Positions 25,319-37,954 of a stretch of DNA of 64,000 bases are shown piece after piece. The notes beneath the pieces were generated by a model. It was not told where the DNA came from and searched no databases. It was given only the letters and a program-made list of their open reading frames with translations. This DNA is from Mobula hypostoma. Taxonomy: Eukaryota. Location of the stretch: assembly GCF_963921235.1 (NCBI RefSeq), contig NC_086097.1:42348001-42412000 (forward strand), given 5' to 3'. Made by a program: the position numbers and the translations under genes. The stretch's first letter is position 1, and each line of letters begins with the position of its first letter.

Positions 25319-27069
25319 GTATTTTTATTGTAACTTATAGCAATTTGTTAGGCCTACACTGTACGACTGCCATAAAACAGCAGGTTTCAGGACTAATGGC
25401 AGTGACGATAAACATGATTCTGATTCTAAACTGGGAAATGAATGAGGAGGTGGGGGTGGCAAATTCTGGAAAATTGTAGTACTGAGCTAATTATTAAAGC
25501 TGTGTGTTGACACATCTCCACGTTCTTATGGATTTCATCCTAGTGTTGGTGGGATGGTAGCATATTAGCTTGAATTTTCCAAAATTCCCTTGATGGTCAT
25601 AACATTCCACTTGATTGGAATAAAGCAAAAAGTAACTCTAAAAAATGCAAGGGGGAAAGCATAGCTTTACAGCTGTCTTGGGGAAATTGTTAGAAACTCT
25701 TATTAAAGATGTGATAGTGGAATGTTTAGGAAAATTCAGGATAATCAAGCAGCATTGGTATGGTTTTGTGAAAAAGGAAACATATTTAACCAACTGGAGC
25801 TCTTTGAAGAAACGATAAGCTCTCTGGCTAAAGTGGGACTGGAGGACATGCAAAGATATCCTGAAGTCTTTTAAGATACCCCACAAAAGGTTTTTGTAAA
25901 ATAAAACATGAGGGGTATCTTCTCTATTTAGAGGGTAGTGCAAATGTGGAGCAAGCTGCCAGCAGAAGTGGTGGATGCAGATTTGATTTCAACATTTAAC
26001 AGAGGTTTGGATAAGTACGTGGATGGGAGGGATATGGAGGGCTATGGTCCAGGAACAGGTCAATGGGACTAGGTAGAATAATAGTTTGGCAAGGACTGGA
26101 TGGGTGAAGGGCCTGTTTCTGTGCTGCCATATTCTGTGATTCTAAAAGCCGATGATATAGGGGATAACATGTCACCATGGAAATAAGATAAGCTGACTAA
26201 TATTAAAACAAAATTACGCATGAATAGGCTTTTCTGACTGGTAAGATATAACAGGTGATGTTCCATAGGGATCCTCAGGGTTTTGGAATTTATTTAAATT
26301 ACTTAGATGAAGGCACCAAAGTTATGACTGCCAAATTTCTAATAGCACAATGGTAGGGAGGAGGTCAGTGTGATGAGGATATGAGAAGGCTGAAAGGAGC
26401 TGAACGAATGAGAAAAAAATCTCAGAAATGGAATATGCAGGATTGCAGAATATTCTAATGACATTTGGGACACTGATCCAGTTTATTTAAAATATGGCAA
26501 AACAGATCTAATCTTTTTGTCCTATCAAACTAACCAGACCTGGTTTCTGTAATTGAGTTAGCAGCCTAGGCAGTATAAATAACAAACAAATATCCTACTG
26601 GAAGATTCTCTGAGAGATAAAAGAAGCCACAGACTTGTTCCCAAAACAATTAACCTCTGCAGGAATGAAAGCGTAGGTGTTAGGTTTGTGAACACAAATG
26701 GTTCCCAGCAGAAATGCAAGTACTAATAACAAGCCTATTGATTAAAAATCACATTTGGAGAGATATGACACTGATTGATTGGATGAATCAAAGGGATAAT
26801 TTGCTATGATTGGGTGCTGACCAGTGGCAGGGGTCTCACCTCAGACTGGTTGCTAGGTTAGACATTGTTTATTGATTAAGAAGATACCCACCTATGATAT
26901 ATAATTTCAGAACTGGATGAAATAGATCACATAATAATCAATGTCATTCTCTACTAATAGAACCCTGCAGTTCTCTACTTTATACATATTGGATTTTTAT
27001 TGTATTCACTTCAAACAGCCACATCCTAAAACCCCCTCCAGTGTGTCGTCCTCTAGGTTCATTTATTTA

Positions 27070-27474
27070 TGTTGCAAAGGAACGTGGCAAATGAGGCGAA
27101 CCCAAGTGCAGGGCACAGGCACGGAGATTGAGTTAGGATGCTTACACGGGTGTAAACGCTGAATGGCAAACAGGAGGGATCTTGACACGGAGCCTTGACT
27201 CAGAGAGACGGAGTCTCATAGGTAAACCTTGAAACTGGAGCTAAACTTAAAACAAACAGTTCTAAGCGGTCGGGAAACATTAGTTATCATACAGGAAAAA
27301 GACCAACGATCTGGCAACTGTAACGCTGGGGTTCTTATACTGCAAGTCCTGATGGAAACCAGGTGTGCCATCATCAAAGAAAATTAGAAGCAATTGGGAA
27401 ATTAATGGTCGGAACCGTGGCACAATCAAAGGAAATTAGAGGAAACTAGGGAATAAACGATCAGGACCGTGACA
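27070..27474 (-). mobile_element. Solo LTR (Gypsy-type) inserted in a SINE tail
   Basis: TG...CA ends with a perfect 5-bp TSD ATTTA at 27065-27069 and 27475-27479. Orientation inferred from the similar 18367 LTR. Confidence 0.8.
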
Positions 27475-27479
27475 ATTTA

Positions 27480-27755
27480 TTGAGACACAGCGTGGAATAG
27501 ACCCTTCCAGTCCCTCGAGCCACACTGTCCGGCATCCCCCTGATCTAATCCTAGCCTATTCATAGGACAATTTACAATGACCTATTAATTTGCCTACTGG
27601 TACATCTTTGGATTGTGGGAGGAAACCGGAGCACCCTGAAGAAACTCACATGGTCACGGGGAGAACGTACAAACTACTTACAGGGAGCAGTGGGAATTGA
27701 ACCCGGGTCGCAAGTACTGTAAGGCTTGTGCTAACCACTACGCCTCCATACTGCT
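27480..27755 (-). mobile_element. HE1/V-type SINE; related copies at 48400-48590(-), 49187-49420(+), 51077-51310(+), 61035-61245(-)
   Basis: V-domain GTTTGTACGTTCTCCCCGTGACC...GGTTTCCTCCCACA; tRNA-like head; LINE-like tail. Confidence 0.8.
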
Positions 27756-30700
27756 GATTCAAACGGAAGAAGTTTTCATCAGATCAATCTTTATTAGACG
27801 GTCTCAGCGAACTGCAATACCTGCCTAAACAATGCATCAAAAAATCAGACCATTCGAGATCCTCCCTGTGATGCAGTCAACTGTAGGAGCAGCTGAGTCC
27901 CTATACTTTGCCCAGCATCAGTACACCAAGCATGCTATGTGAGCAATTCCTTTCCATAGCTTTGTGAAGTTCCTACCTCAACCTGGTCCTATAATCACTA
28001 TAGCATTTCAGCTTGAAAAGGTAATGAAAACTTATGTTGTATATAAAGACAGCTCCCAAGCAGTAGCCACTTACATTTATCGAATGATAAAAAAAAAGTT
28101 GTGAGGTGTCTTAGCAAAGGACATCCAAAAATACATCCACCAAAAAAAATGTGATTTTCCTAAATTTGCCTAATCTAGGTCAAAATAAAGCTTCAGTAAA
28201 CCAGTAAATTGTAAAACTTTGAGTGCACTTTCAATGACTGCTGGATCTATCTGCAGCTACTGTATAAATTTGTCTAATTCTGATAGAACAGTATCGGATT
28301 TGAAAGTAATTGTTTTTGTAGCTTCAAAGTAGGTGTATATAAAGGAAATACTTCTCCTATTTCCCTAGAGCTGTGAATTTTAGACCAAAAAGGAACATCA
28401 GGCCTGCATTCAATTTTATCTTTGTTCCATTATTATAAACTAACATTGCAATAAATAGAAATTAAGAACATTTTCTCTGCACAGTTAAGTGAAAATAGTT
28501 TGCAAATGGATATGAGAATGATCCTAAAACTGACGTTAGAAGATTCGGTACAAATGGCAATTTATTTGCAAATGCAAATACACAGGTGAATGGAGATGGA
28601 AATTCAACTTTGAGGGTGACGATTACTAAATCAGTGTTTTAATGCTATCAGGACCAGAAAACTGAAGGTAAAATCAGTTTGATAAGAGAAGTTAGAACAA
28701 GTGAGCAAGAGTGTGAATTTTTGCACTGGAGGGAAGTCATTCACGCCAAGGAGGACCAACCTCCTTAGACGTACCGCCTGCCCTTTCCCCTTCCGTATCA
28801 CACCCAGCATAATCTCCAAACTTTTGTAGAAACAAGCGCTCCACACATGGTCCAAGACTCATCCTCTCGATCCCCATCAAAACTGCCCTTCAATCAATGG
28901 CTGCTTTTACATGGACTTTTCTTTCTCCAGCCAACTGTATCAATTGAGCAACTGGTAGAAAATAGGTTTCCTTGTGCAAACCTGGGAGAAAGAATCCATG
29001 AGGATAAAGAAGTGGATGATTCCGAACACTGAGCCTAACACAGTTACGCTAGCTTAGAGAAACCAGGACACGTAGGCCTGAGACCAGTATTCTGAAAGAG
29101 TGAGATAGAGATTAAACGAGACTCAGTGTGAAGAAAAAGACAGAAATGATGAGAGAATTATTTGTGATGAAGAAACAAAGATATCGAGATCGAATTTCAA
29201 TTGTGTGAGCAACATAAGGAATTAGACAATGCAGCATAAGCAAAACAAGCCACATTTTTTGTTGTATTTTTACCAAAAGGTGTGATAAATCAACTAATTA
29301 ATACTTTGATAGATTTTTTTTAATTTAAAGAAGTGTAAAATTAATAGTAAACAGACTACTTCCTCATTAATAGTAAAAATGCAGCTCCCGCTCATCACTG
29401 CCTCCTTGGTTTTATTTTCCTTTTATCATTTAGAACGTCAGCCTTCCTAAACAAAGTTGAAAAGTAATGTTTATTCATTGCGAAGTCAAAGAATGTGTTT
29501 CAAATACTCAAAGTTATTTAAAGAAATCCAATTTGAATTTTATTACTCCCAATTAGTAGTTTTATTTATTCTCCCCTCTTCTGGTATTTATAGATGCACG
29601 AGACGAGACATGATGAGGAGAGACTGCAAGCAGACTGCTCAAGAGCTGAGGCATCATCAGCACTAGTCCTTGACCCACGTACAGGTGGATCGCCAAACCA
29701 AAGCGGCGAATGGCAGAGCCAACAGATAAGAAATGATAAATGCAGATTGTCTCCAGTTTGACAGAGTCATTATTTTACACAGAGTTAGAGTTATAGTGAG
29801 TAGCAAAATGGTGCTTTTGTTTGTAACCAGTATTTGTGGTGACTGATGACCATGCCACTTAAAGCAGGTGGTTGTGATCTAAGGTTGCGTGCTTAACACT
29901 GAAATTCACAGGCATACTGGAAAGATGAAAGCTGACAGACGTAAGCATTTGAAATAGGAATACCTGGCACAACATGGTCTCACCTTAATCATAAATGTGG
30001 ACTCAACCGCCTCCTCACAATACCAACAAAACCAAAGACAAAGATCTTGAAAATTGTTTATCTCACAGCAAAAAAGGGCGTTTTGTGCTGGAAATTTGCA
30101 TTATTAGAGTGAATCAATGTTGTGCATATATTTGGATGTCTTAGTATTAGTTGCTACAAGTGTTTGATCATTTTCAGAGGAAGTTTATGGTTTTTAGGAT
30201 GTTTCTTTGATGTATAGTTTATCTACCCCAAATAACATCCACGGTAGAACACCCGAGATTTGTCATTGGTGAGATTTTCAACTACATTAAGAAAAGATAG
30301 GATTTATTCTCTCACAGAACTACCATCTTTCAGTGACGTTGAAGGCTTGACAGTGGTATCATTTAAAGGCATCAATCACATTGAATGTGTTCATTGACAG
30401 ACTGCTGCACCACTTCAGCTGTATATACTTACAGCTTCCACCACACACTGGTCACCCTTCCTTCCATTTTCAAAATCTTTGGTCCAACCACAATTGATGG
30501 ACGAGGGCAATTTGCCCGAATTTGATTCTCTTTGTTTATGTTGTGGAGGATGAGATGCTTCTCAACCCCCAAAGATTCCATCTTAGTCAACCTAGGTTCA
30601 CCCTCACCGTCGTCAAAATTCACCGCTGCCATCAGCAAAGTAATAAAGAAGTAGTTGGAAGAGTATTGGTGGTTTGTGAGCTTGTGACTGAAGCTCTTAG

Positions 30701-31785
30701 CTGCATCATCAGGTGCTAGCAGCTGAGAAATATTCAACCCGAGTCTTTCAATAGTAGTTGGTCCTAAATGAGGGAGCCACAGTTGCTTCTTATTTACACC
30801 ACTGAACACTAAAGCAACTTCTTAAGATATTCAATTACATATTAGTAGTGAAAAGTTTGAATTAAATTATATTTTCTATCGTGTTTTTATAATCAAATGA
30901 TAGGTATTGGTGTAAGCACAAGTCAGGATATTCTATTTCAATCTCATTTAAGAGCTCTTTCATAATATAATGCTAAAACAATAAATGATAATATGTATAC
31001 ATTTTAATACAATATTTGACCGTAAGACATAAGAGAATCAGACAGAATTGGGTCATTCGGCCTATTGAGTCTGTTCCACCATTTGATTATGGCTGATGCA
31101 TTTTTCCTCTCAACCCCATTCCCCTCCCAGGTGATTATCAGCCTTTACTTGAAATATGCACAAAGACTTGACCTCTGGATCTGTTTATGGCAATGAAATC
31201 CACAGTCTCAACACCCTCTGGTTAAAGAAATTCCTCCTCATTTCTGTTATAAAGGAACATCTGTCCTTCTACTCTGAGACTCTATCCTCTGGTCCTAGAC
31301 TATCCCACTACTGGAAATATATTCTCCATGTCCGCTCGATCTAGGCCTTACAATATTCAGTAGGTTTCAGTGAGATCCCTCCTCATTATTCTAAACTCCA
31401 GTAACTACTTGCCCAAAGCTATCAAATGCTCCTCATTCATTAAACCTTTTGTTTCCTGGTGCATTCTTGTAAATCTCACTTGGACCTTCTCCAATGCCAG
31501 CACATTTTTCCTTAGATTTGGGGCCCAAACCTGCTCAAAATACTCCAGATATTGTCTAACCAATGCTTTAAAATGCGTCAACATCACGTCATTGATTTCA
31601 TATTCTACTCCTCTCAAAATGAATGTTAACATTGCATTTGCCTTCCTCACTACCCACTCAACCTACAGGTTATTCTTTGGGGAATCCTGCACTAGAACAC
31701 CCAAGTCCCTTAGCATCTCCAATGTTTGAATTCACTTTCCATTTAGAAACTTATCTATGCCTTTATTTCTTCTACCAAAGTGCAT

Positions 31786-32845
31786 AATTTTGCCTGCAGA
31801 AGGCAGAGGGTGGTGGTGGAGGGAGTACATTCAGATTGGAGGATTATGACTAGTGGTATCACACAAGGATCTGTTCTGGGACCTCTACTTTTTGTGATTT
31901 TTATTAACGACCTGGATGTGGGGGTAGAAGGGTGGGTTGGCAAGTTTGCAGACGACACAAAGGTTGGTGGTGTTGTAGATAGTGTAGAGGATTGTCAAAG
32001 ATTGCAGAGGGACATTGGTAGGATGCAGAAGTGGGCTGAGAAGTGGAAGATGGAGTTCAACCTGGAGAAGTGTGAGGTGGTACACTTTGGAAGGACAAAC
32101 TCCAAGGCAGAGTACAAAGTAAATGGCAGGATACTTGGTAGTGTGGAGGAGCAGAGGGATCTCGGGGTACATGTCCACAGATCCCTGAAAGTTGCCTCAC
32201 AGGTGGATAGGGTAGTTAAGAAAGCTTATGGGGTGTTAGCTTTCATAAGTCGAGGGATAGAGTTTAAGAGTTACGATGTAATGATGCAGCTCTATAAAAC
32301 TCTGGTTAGGCCACACTTTTGAGTATTGTGTCCTGTTCTGGTCACCTCACTATAGGAAGGATGTGGAAGCATTGGAAAGGGTACAGAGGAGATTTACCAG
32401 GATGCTGCCTGGTTTAGAGAGTATGCATTATGATCAGAGATTAAGGGAGCTAGGGCTTTACTCTTTGGAGAGGAGGATGATGAGAGGAGACATGATAGAG
32501 GTGTACAAGATAATAAGAGGGATAGATAGAGTGGATAGCCAGCGCCTCTTCCCCAGGGCACCACTGTTCAATACAAGAGGACATGGCTTTAAGCTATGGG
32601 GTGGGAAGTTCAAGGGGGATATTAGAGGAAGGTTTTTTACTCAGAGAGTGGTTGGTGCGTGGAATGCTCTGCCTGAGTCAGTGGTGGAGGCAGATACGCT
32701 AGTGAAGTTTAAGAGACTACTAGACAAGTATATGGAGAAATCTAAGGTGGGGGCTTATATGGGAGGCAGGATTTGAGGGTCAGCACAACATTGTGGGCTG
32801 AAGGGCCTATACTGTGCTGTACTATTCTATGTTCTATGTTCTATA
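31786..32845 (+). mobile_element. Young 5'-truncated CR1 with (TTCTATG)n tail
   Basis: ORFs 31780..32322 and 32363..32776 with QGSVLGPLLF and KFADDTK; tail at ~32825-32845. Confidence 0.92.
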
Positions 32846-32859
32846 ACCATACACTACTC

Positions 32860-33702
32860 TGCAAACTTTGTCTTCTGTAACTCCAACTGTAACTGGATTC
32901 TTGACTTCCTCACTGGGAGATCTCAATCAGTGCAGATCAGAAATTACATCTCTTCCTCACGGATTATCAACACCAGCACACCACAAGGTTGCATGCTTAG
33001 CCCACTGCTCTACTTTCTCTTCATCAATGACTGTGTGACTAAGCACAGTGCACAGCCATCTATAAATTTATTGGTGCCACAACTGTTGTCAGCCAAATCT
33101 CAGATGATGATGAGGAGGCATACCAGTGAGATAGATTAGATTAGATTATGAGGACACTCAGTCCTCGTTTATTGTCAATTAGAAATGTATGCATTAAAAA
33201 ATGATACAGTGTTCCTCCAGAAAGATATCACAGTAACACAGGACAGATCAAGACTAAAACTGACAAAAACCATATAATTATAACATATTGTTACAACAGG
33301 CAAAGCAATACCGTAATTTGATAAAGAGCAGACCATGGACACGGTAAAAAAAAGTCTCAAAGTCCTGATAGCCCATCATCTCACGCAGACGGTAGAAGGG
33401 AGAAACTCTCCCTGCCATAAACATCCAGCGCTGCAAACTTGCCGATGCAGCACCCTGGAAGCACCCGACCACAGCCAACTCTGAGTCTGTCCGAAAACTT
33501 CAAGCCTCCGACCAGCCCTCCGACACCGAGCACCATCTCTGCCGAGCGCTTCGATCAGCTGGTTGAGTGATGTCATAATAACAACCTCGCAGTCAACATC
33601 AGTAAGACCCTGGAATTGATTATGGACTTCAGAAAGAGAAAGTCGCAGAAACACATACCAGTCTTCATCAGGGGGTCTGATTCTAAGAATTCTGATTCTA
33701 AT
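32860..33702 (+). mobile_element. Rex1/Babar-like RT fragment, interrupted by the (CTAAT)n-tailed element
   Basis: CNWILDFLT and [11 protein letters not shown]; resumes at 33555 with NNLAVNISKTLELIMDFRK. Confidence 0.75.
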
Positions 33703-34291
33703 CTGCCATGTCTTTACCTTTTCTCTTAATCTGTCTAAGTCCTTCTGCACACTTCCTGCTTCCTCAACACTACCAACTATTGTTTTATCATCCACAAACT
33801 TGGCCACAAAGCCATTAATTCTGTCATCCAAATCATGAACATGTAGTGGACTCAACAACTCAACTATGGCAGTACTTTTCCTGTAATACCATGGGAGAAA
33901 GGGAAAGGCAGCAGGTCCTGATGAATTAGTAATCGAACAAATTACCGCCCTTGAACTTACTGATTTAATCAATGACGTTTATGAGACTGGGATAATACCA
34001 GAAGAGATGAAAAAATCAGTATTAATCACTCTTCCTAAGAAACCTGGAGCAATAGAATGTGAATTACATAGGCCCATAAGTTTAATGAGTCATATCACCA
34101 AGATACCTGTACTTCGAAGAATTTTGATGACAAGAGCTAAATGTAAGATATAAGCTGAAATAAATAAAGAACAATGTGGTTTTGTGAAAGACAAAGGTAC
34201 AAGAAATGCAATATTGATGTCAAGAATACTATCAGAACGGGCTATTCAGTGCAAAAAGTTTTGTTTGTTTGTTTTATCGACTACACAAAAG

Positions 34292-34510
34292 CATATCCGG
34301 ACCTGCCTCTTGGTTTTTTTGCACTACCTAACTTTCCATTTTTCTATTTTCTATTTATGATTTATAATTTAAATTTTTAATATTTACTCATTTTTACTAT
34401 TTTTAATATTTAATATTTGTAATCCAGGGAGTGGGAAGCGCACAATCAAATATCGCTGTGATGATTGTACGTTCTAGTATCAATTGTTTGGCAACAATAA
34501 AGTATAAAGT
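34292..34510 (+). mobile_element. Rex1-like 3' UTR fragment inserted in the RTE
   Basis: Nearly identical to ~56490-56705, which follows a Rex1-like C-terminus; it splits the RTE DYTKA|FDKV motif. Confidence 0.8.
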
Positions 34511-35562
34511 ACTTGATAAAGTGAAGCACAATAAGTTATCTGAAATATTACAGAAAGCGCTAGATCTAGATTTGAAAGACCTCCGCCTAATCAGAAATCT
34601 GTACTGGGAACAAACTGCTGCTGTAAAAGTAGATGGAGAAGTAAGTCAGTTTACAGAAATCAAGTGAGGCATTAAACAAGGGTGTGTTTTCTCCCCTGAT
34701 TTATTTAATGTGTACAGTGAAACAATATTACAAAAAATAAGAGACATCTTGGGAATCAAAGTTGGCAGTGAAAACATCAATAATTTCAGATATGCTGATG
34801 ACACTGTTAATTGCAAGTACAGAGGAAGAACTACAAAACTTAATTGATATAATTTTTGAAGAAAGTGCAAAAATGGGTCTATCTGTCAATTGCAAAAAAA
34901 CAGAATGTGTGGTGATATCCAAAAAGAAGGAGAATCCTATCTGCAGGCTGAGAATAAACGGGGAAGACATAAAACAAGTACAGAACTTTTGCTACTTAGG
35001 AAGCTAGGTGACATCAGATGGCAGGTGCGACATGGACAACAAGAGAAGAATAGGGATGGCAAAAAACACCTTTACGAGAATGAAGAGTATACTGTCCAAT
35101 ACTAAACTAAGCATGACAACTCACCTCAGAGTACTGAAATGTTACGTTTATCCAGTTATGTTATATGGCTCAGAATGTTGGACAATATCTAGTAACATGA
35201 GGAAATGAATTGTAGCAGCAGAGATGTGGTTTTTGAGGAGGATGCAAAGAATATCATGGACAAAACGAATATCTAATGAGGATGTCATGAACAGAGCAAA
35301 CACAAAAAGAGAAATAATGTATGAGATCTTGAAGAGGCAGCGTAACGTCATTGGACATGTGATTAGGAAAGAGGAGTTGGAATGCACGGTAATTATGGGA
35401 AAGACTGAAGGGAAGAAAGCAAGAGGAAGAGGAAGACAAAGACAAATGATGATGGAGACAGCAGCCAGAGAACTGGAAATGAATACCAATGAATTGATCC
35501 ACTTGACCCGAAACAGGAGTGTGTGGGCCATGGCAGTCAAAGCTCAAACTGGGCACGTCACC

Positions 35563-35607
<45 letters not shown>
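35563..35607 (+). repeat. (TGA)n microsatellite forming the RTE 3' tail
   Basis: About 15 perfect TGA units starting at the RTE ORF stop. Confidence 0.95.
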
Positions 35608-37954
35608 GTACCATGGGCTGTTATTTTATTTAGTAGCCTTGAGTGTGGCATGTTGTCAATTCCTTCTGAAAATCCAAGTAAACAACATCCACTGACTCTG
35701 TCTAAATTGCCTGCGATTTCTTCAAAGAATTTCAACAGTTTTGTCAGGCAAGATTTCCCTTTAAGGAAACAATGCTGACTTCATTCTATTTTATCATGTG
35801 CCTCCAAGTACCCCAACACCTCATTTTTAATAATGGACTCCAATATCTTGCCAACTACTGAAGTCAAACTAACTGGCTTATTCTTTCCTGTTTTTGCCTC
35901 CTTCCGTTCTTAAAGAGTGGTGTGACATTTGTGATTTTCCAGTCTTCCAGCACAATTCCAGAATCTAGTTATTCTTGAAAGATCATTTCTACTGCCTCCA
36001 CAATCTCTTCAGCTATCTCTTTCAGAATCCTGGGATGCTGTCCATCTCGTCCAGGAGACTTTATCTATTTTCAATCCCTTCAATTCCCAACACCTTGGCT
36101 TAGTAATAACCAAAGACACTCACTTCTGCCTTGTGCCACTTCTCAAATTTCTGGCATACAGCTAGTGTATTCCACAGTGAAGACTGAAGCAGAATATTTA
36201 TTAAGTTCATCTCCCATTTCTTTGTTCCCCATTATTAACTCTCCAGCGCAGTCTTGGACTTCCCTTCTCAATCACAGTTGCCTGATCCTCACTTTAGAAT
36301 GCTTCCTTTTCTTTGAGATGAACCAATCCCGTGTCATTTCAAATTATTCCCAGATACTCAGGCCATTACTGCTCTACATCATCCCTGCTATCATCCACTT
36401 CCAATCAACTTTGGCTAGCTCCCCTCTCATGCCTCTGTAGTTATCTTTACTCCACATGTAATGCCAACACATCTGATTTTAGCTTCTCCCTCTCAAATTG
36501 CAGGGTGAATTCCATCATACTATGTCCACTGTCTCCAAAGGTTTCTTTTACCTTAAGCTCACTAATCGAATAGGGTTCATTACACAACACCAAATCCAGA
36601 ATTGCCTTTTCCCTAATCGGCTAGCCCAAAGGCTGCTCCAAAAAAAAAACCCATCTCATAGGCATTCTACAAATTCCTTCTCTTAGGATCCTTTGCCAAC
36701 TGATTTTCCCAATCTACCTGCATATGGAAAACCCCAATGACCAGCGTAACATTGCCCTTCTTACATAACCTTTCAATCCCCCCATTGTAATTTGTAGCCC
36801 ATATCCTGGCCATGGTAAGGAGGCCTGTATATAATTCCCAACAGGGTATTTTTTTTACTCTACCCACAAGGATTTGACGTCTTCTTGATCCTGTGTTTCT
36901 TCTTCCTAAGGACTGGATTTCACCTTTTTACCAACAAAACCATCCCGCCCGCCCCCACCACCTGCCTGTCCTTTCGATGTGATCTGTATCCATGGGTGTT
37001 AAGCTCCAAACTGTGATCTTCTTTCAACTATGTCTTTGATGCCCAAATGTCATACTGTACCTGCAAATTTTTAACTGTGCTAAAAGATCATCTATCTTAT
37101 TTCATATGTTACATGCACTCAAATATCATACCCCTTCAGTCCTGCATTTATCACACTTCTTTTCAATTGTCTCCATGTTATCTGTAGTTAAATTCTTATC
37201 CCTTTCTAAACTTTTTGTCTTATTCTTTATTCCAGAAACTTCAATAACCTCCCCTGCACTCTCTTACCTATTTACTTTATCCATACTTTTCCAAGCTGCA
37301 GAACCCAACCCCCTACTATTTAGTTTAAAGCCCTATCCGCAGCTCTAGTTGTGCAGTTTGCCAAGACTGTCATAACCCGTCCCATGAGGGCAATTTCCTC
37401 CTTCCCAAGTACTGATGCCAATGTCCCACAAATTGAAACAAACTTCTCCCACACCAATCTTTGAGCCACATATTTAGCTCACCGTTCTTATAAACCTTTG
37501 CCAATTTTCATGTGGCTCAGGTAACAATCCAGAGTTAATTAACTTTTCTGCTTCTGTGTTTTAATTTAGTCCTGAGCTGCTCAAATTCCCTCAGCAGAAT
37601 GTATTTGCTTTTTCTTCCTACATCATTAGTACCCACAAGGGACACGACGACTGATATTTCCTCTCTCACTCCAAATTCCACTGCAGGTCGAATGAAATGT
37701 CCCAAACCCAACCTCCAGACACATAAAACAGCTTCCGAAATTCTTGATCCATGCAACAGAGAATTGTGTCTATTCTCCTAACCATTCTCTCCTTAATTAC
37801 AATTTAATTTCTCTTTTCACCCTCTCCCCACCCTCGAACTGTTCCCCAAAGTATGGGCCATAGTTTGATTGCTCATCCTTCCTGCAGGCCTCACTCTCCT
37901 CCTCAAAGGGAGCAATAATATCAGACCTGTTGGACAAGCTCAAGCGTTGAGGTT

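Larger units (their letters stand above)
22826..25427 (+). mobile_element. Rex1/Babar-like LINE (degenerate), interrupted twice
   Basis: [32 protein letters not shown] (23012..23284); LCNWILDF; (TGATTC)n tail near 25415-25427. Confidence 0.8.
33896..35608 (+). mobile_element. RTE-clade LINE, 5'-truncated, with (TGA)n tail
   Basis: GKAAGPDE, LPKKPGAIECELHRPISLMSH, CFIDYTKA, QGCVFSPDLFN, FRYADD, EMWFLRRMQRISW; TSD TACCATGGG at 33887-33895 and 35609-35617. Confidence 0.9.

Noticed and set aside
35544..35735. ORF with a long poly-histidine tract
   Set aside because: It is the antisense reading of the RTE (TGA)n tail joined to CR1 RT sequence, not a gene.
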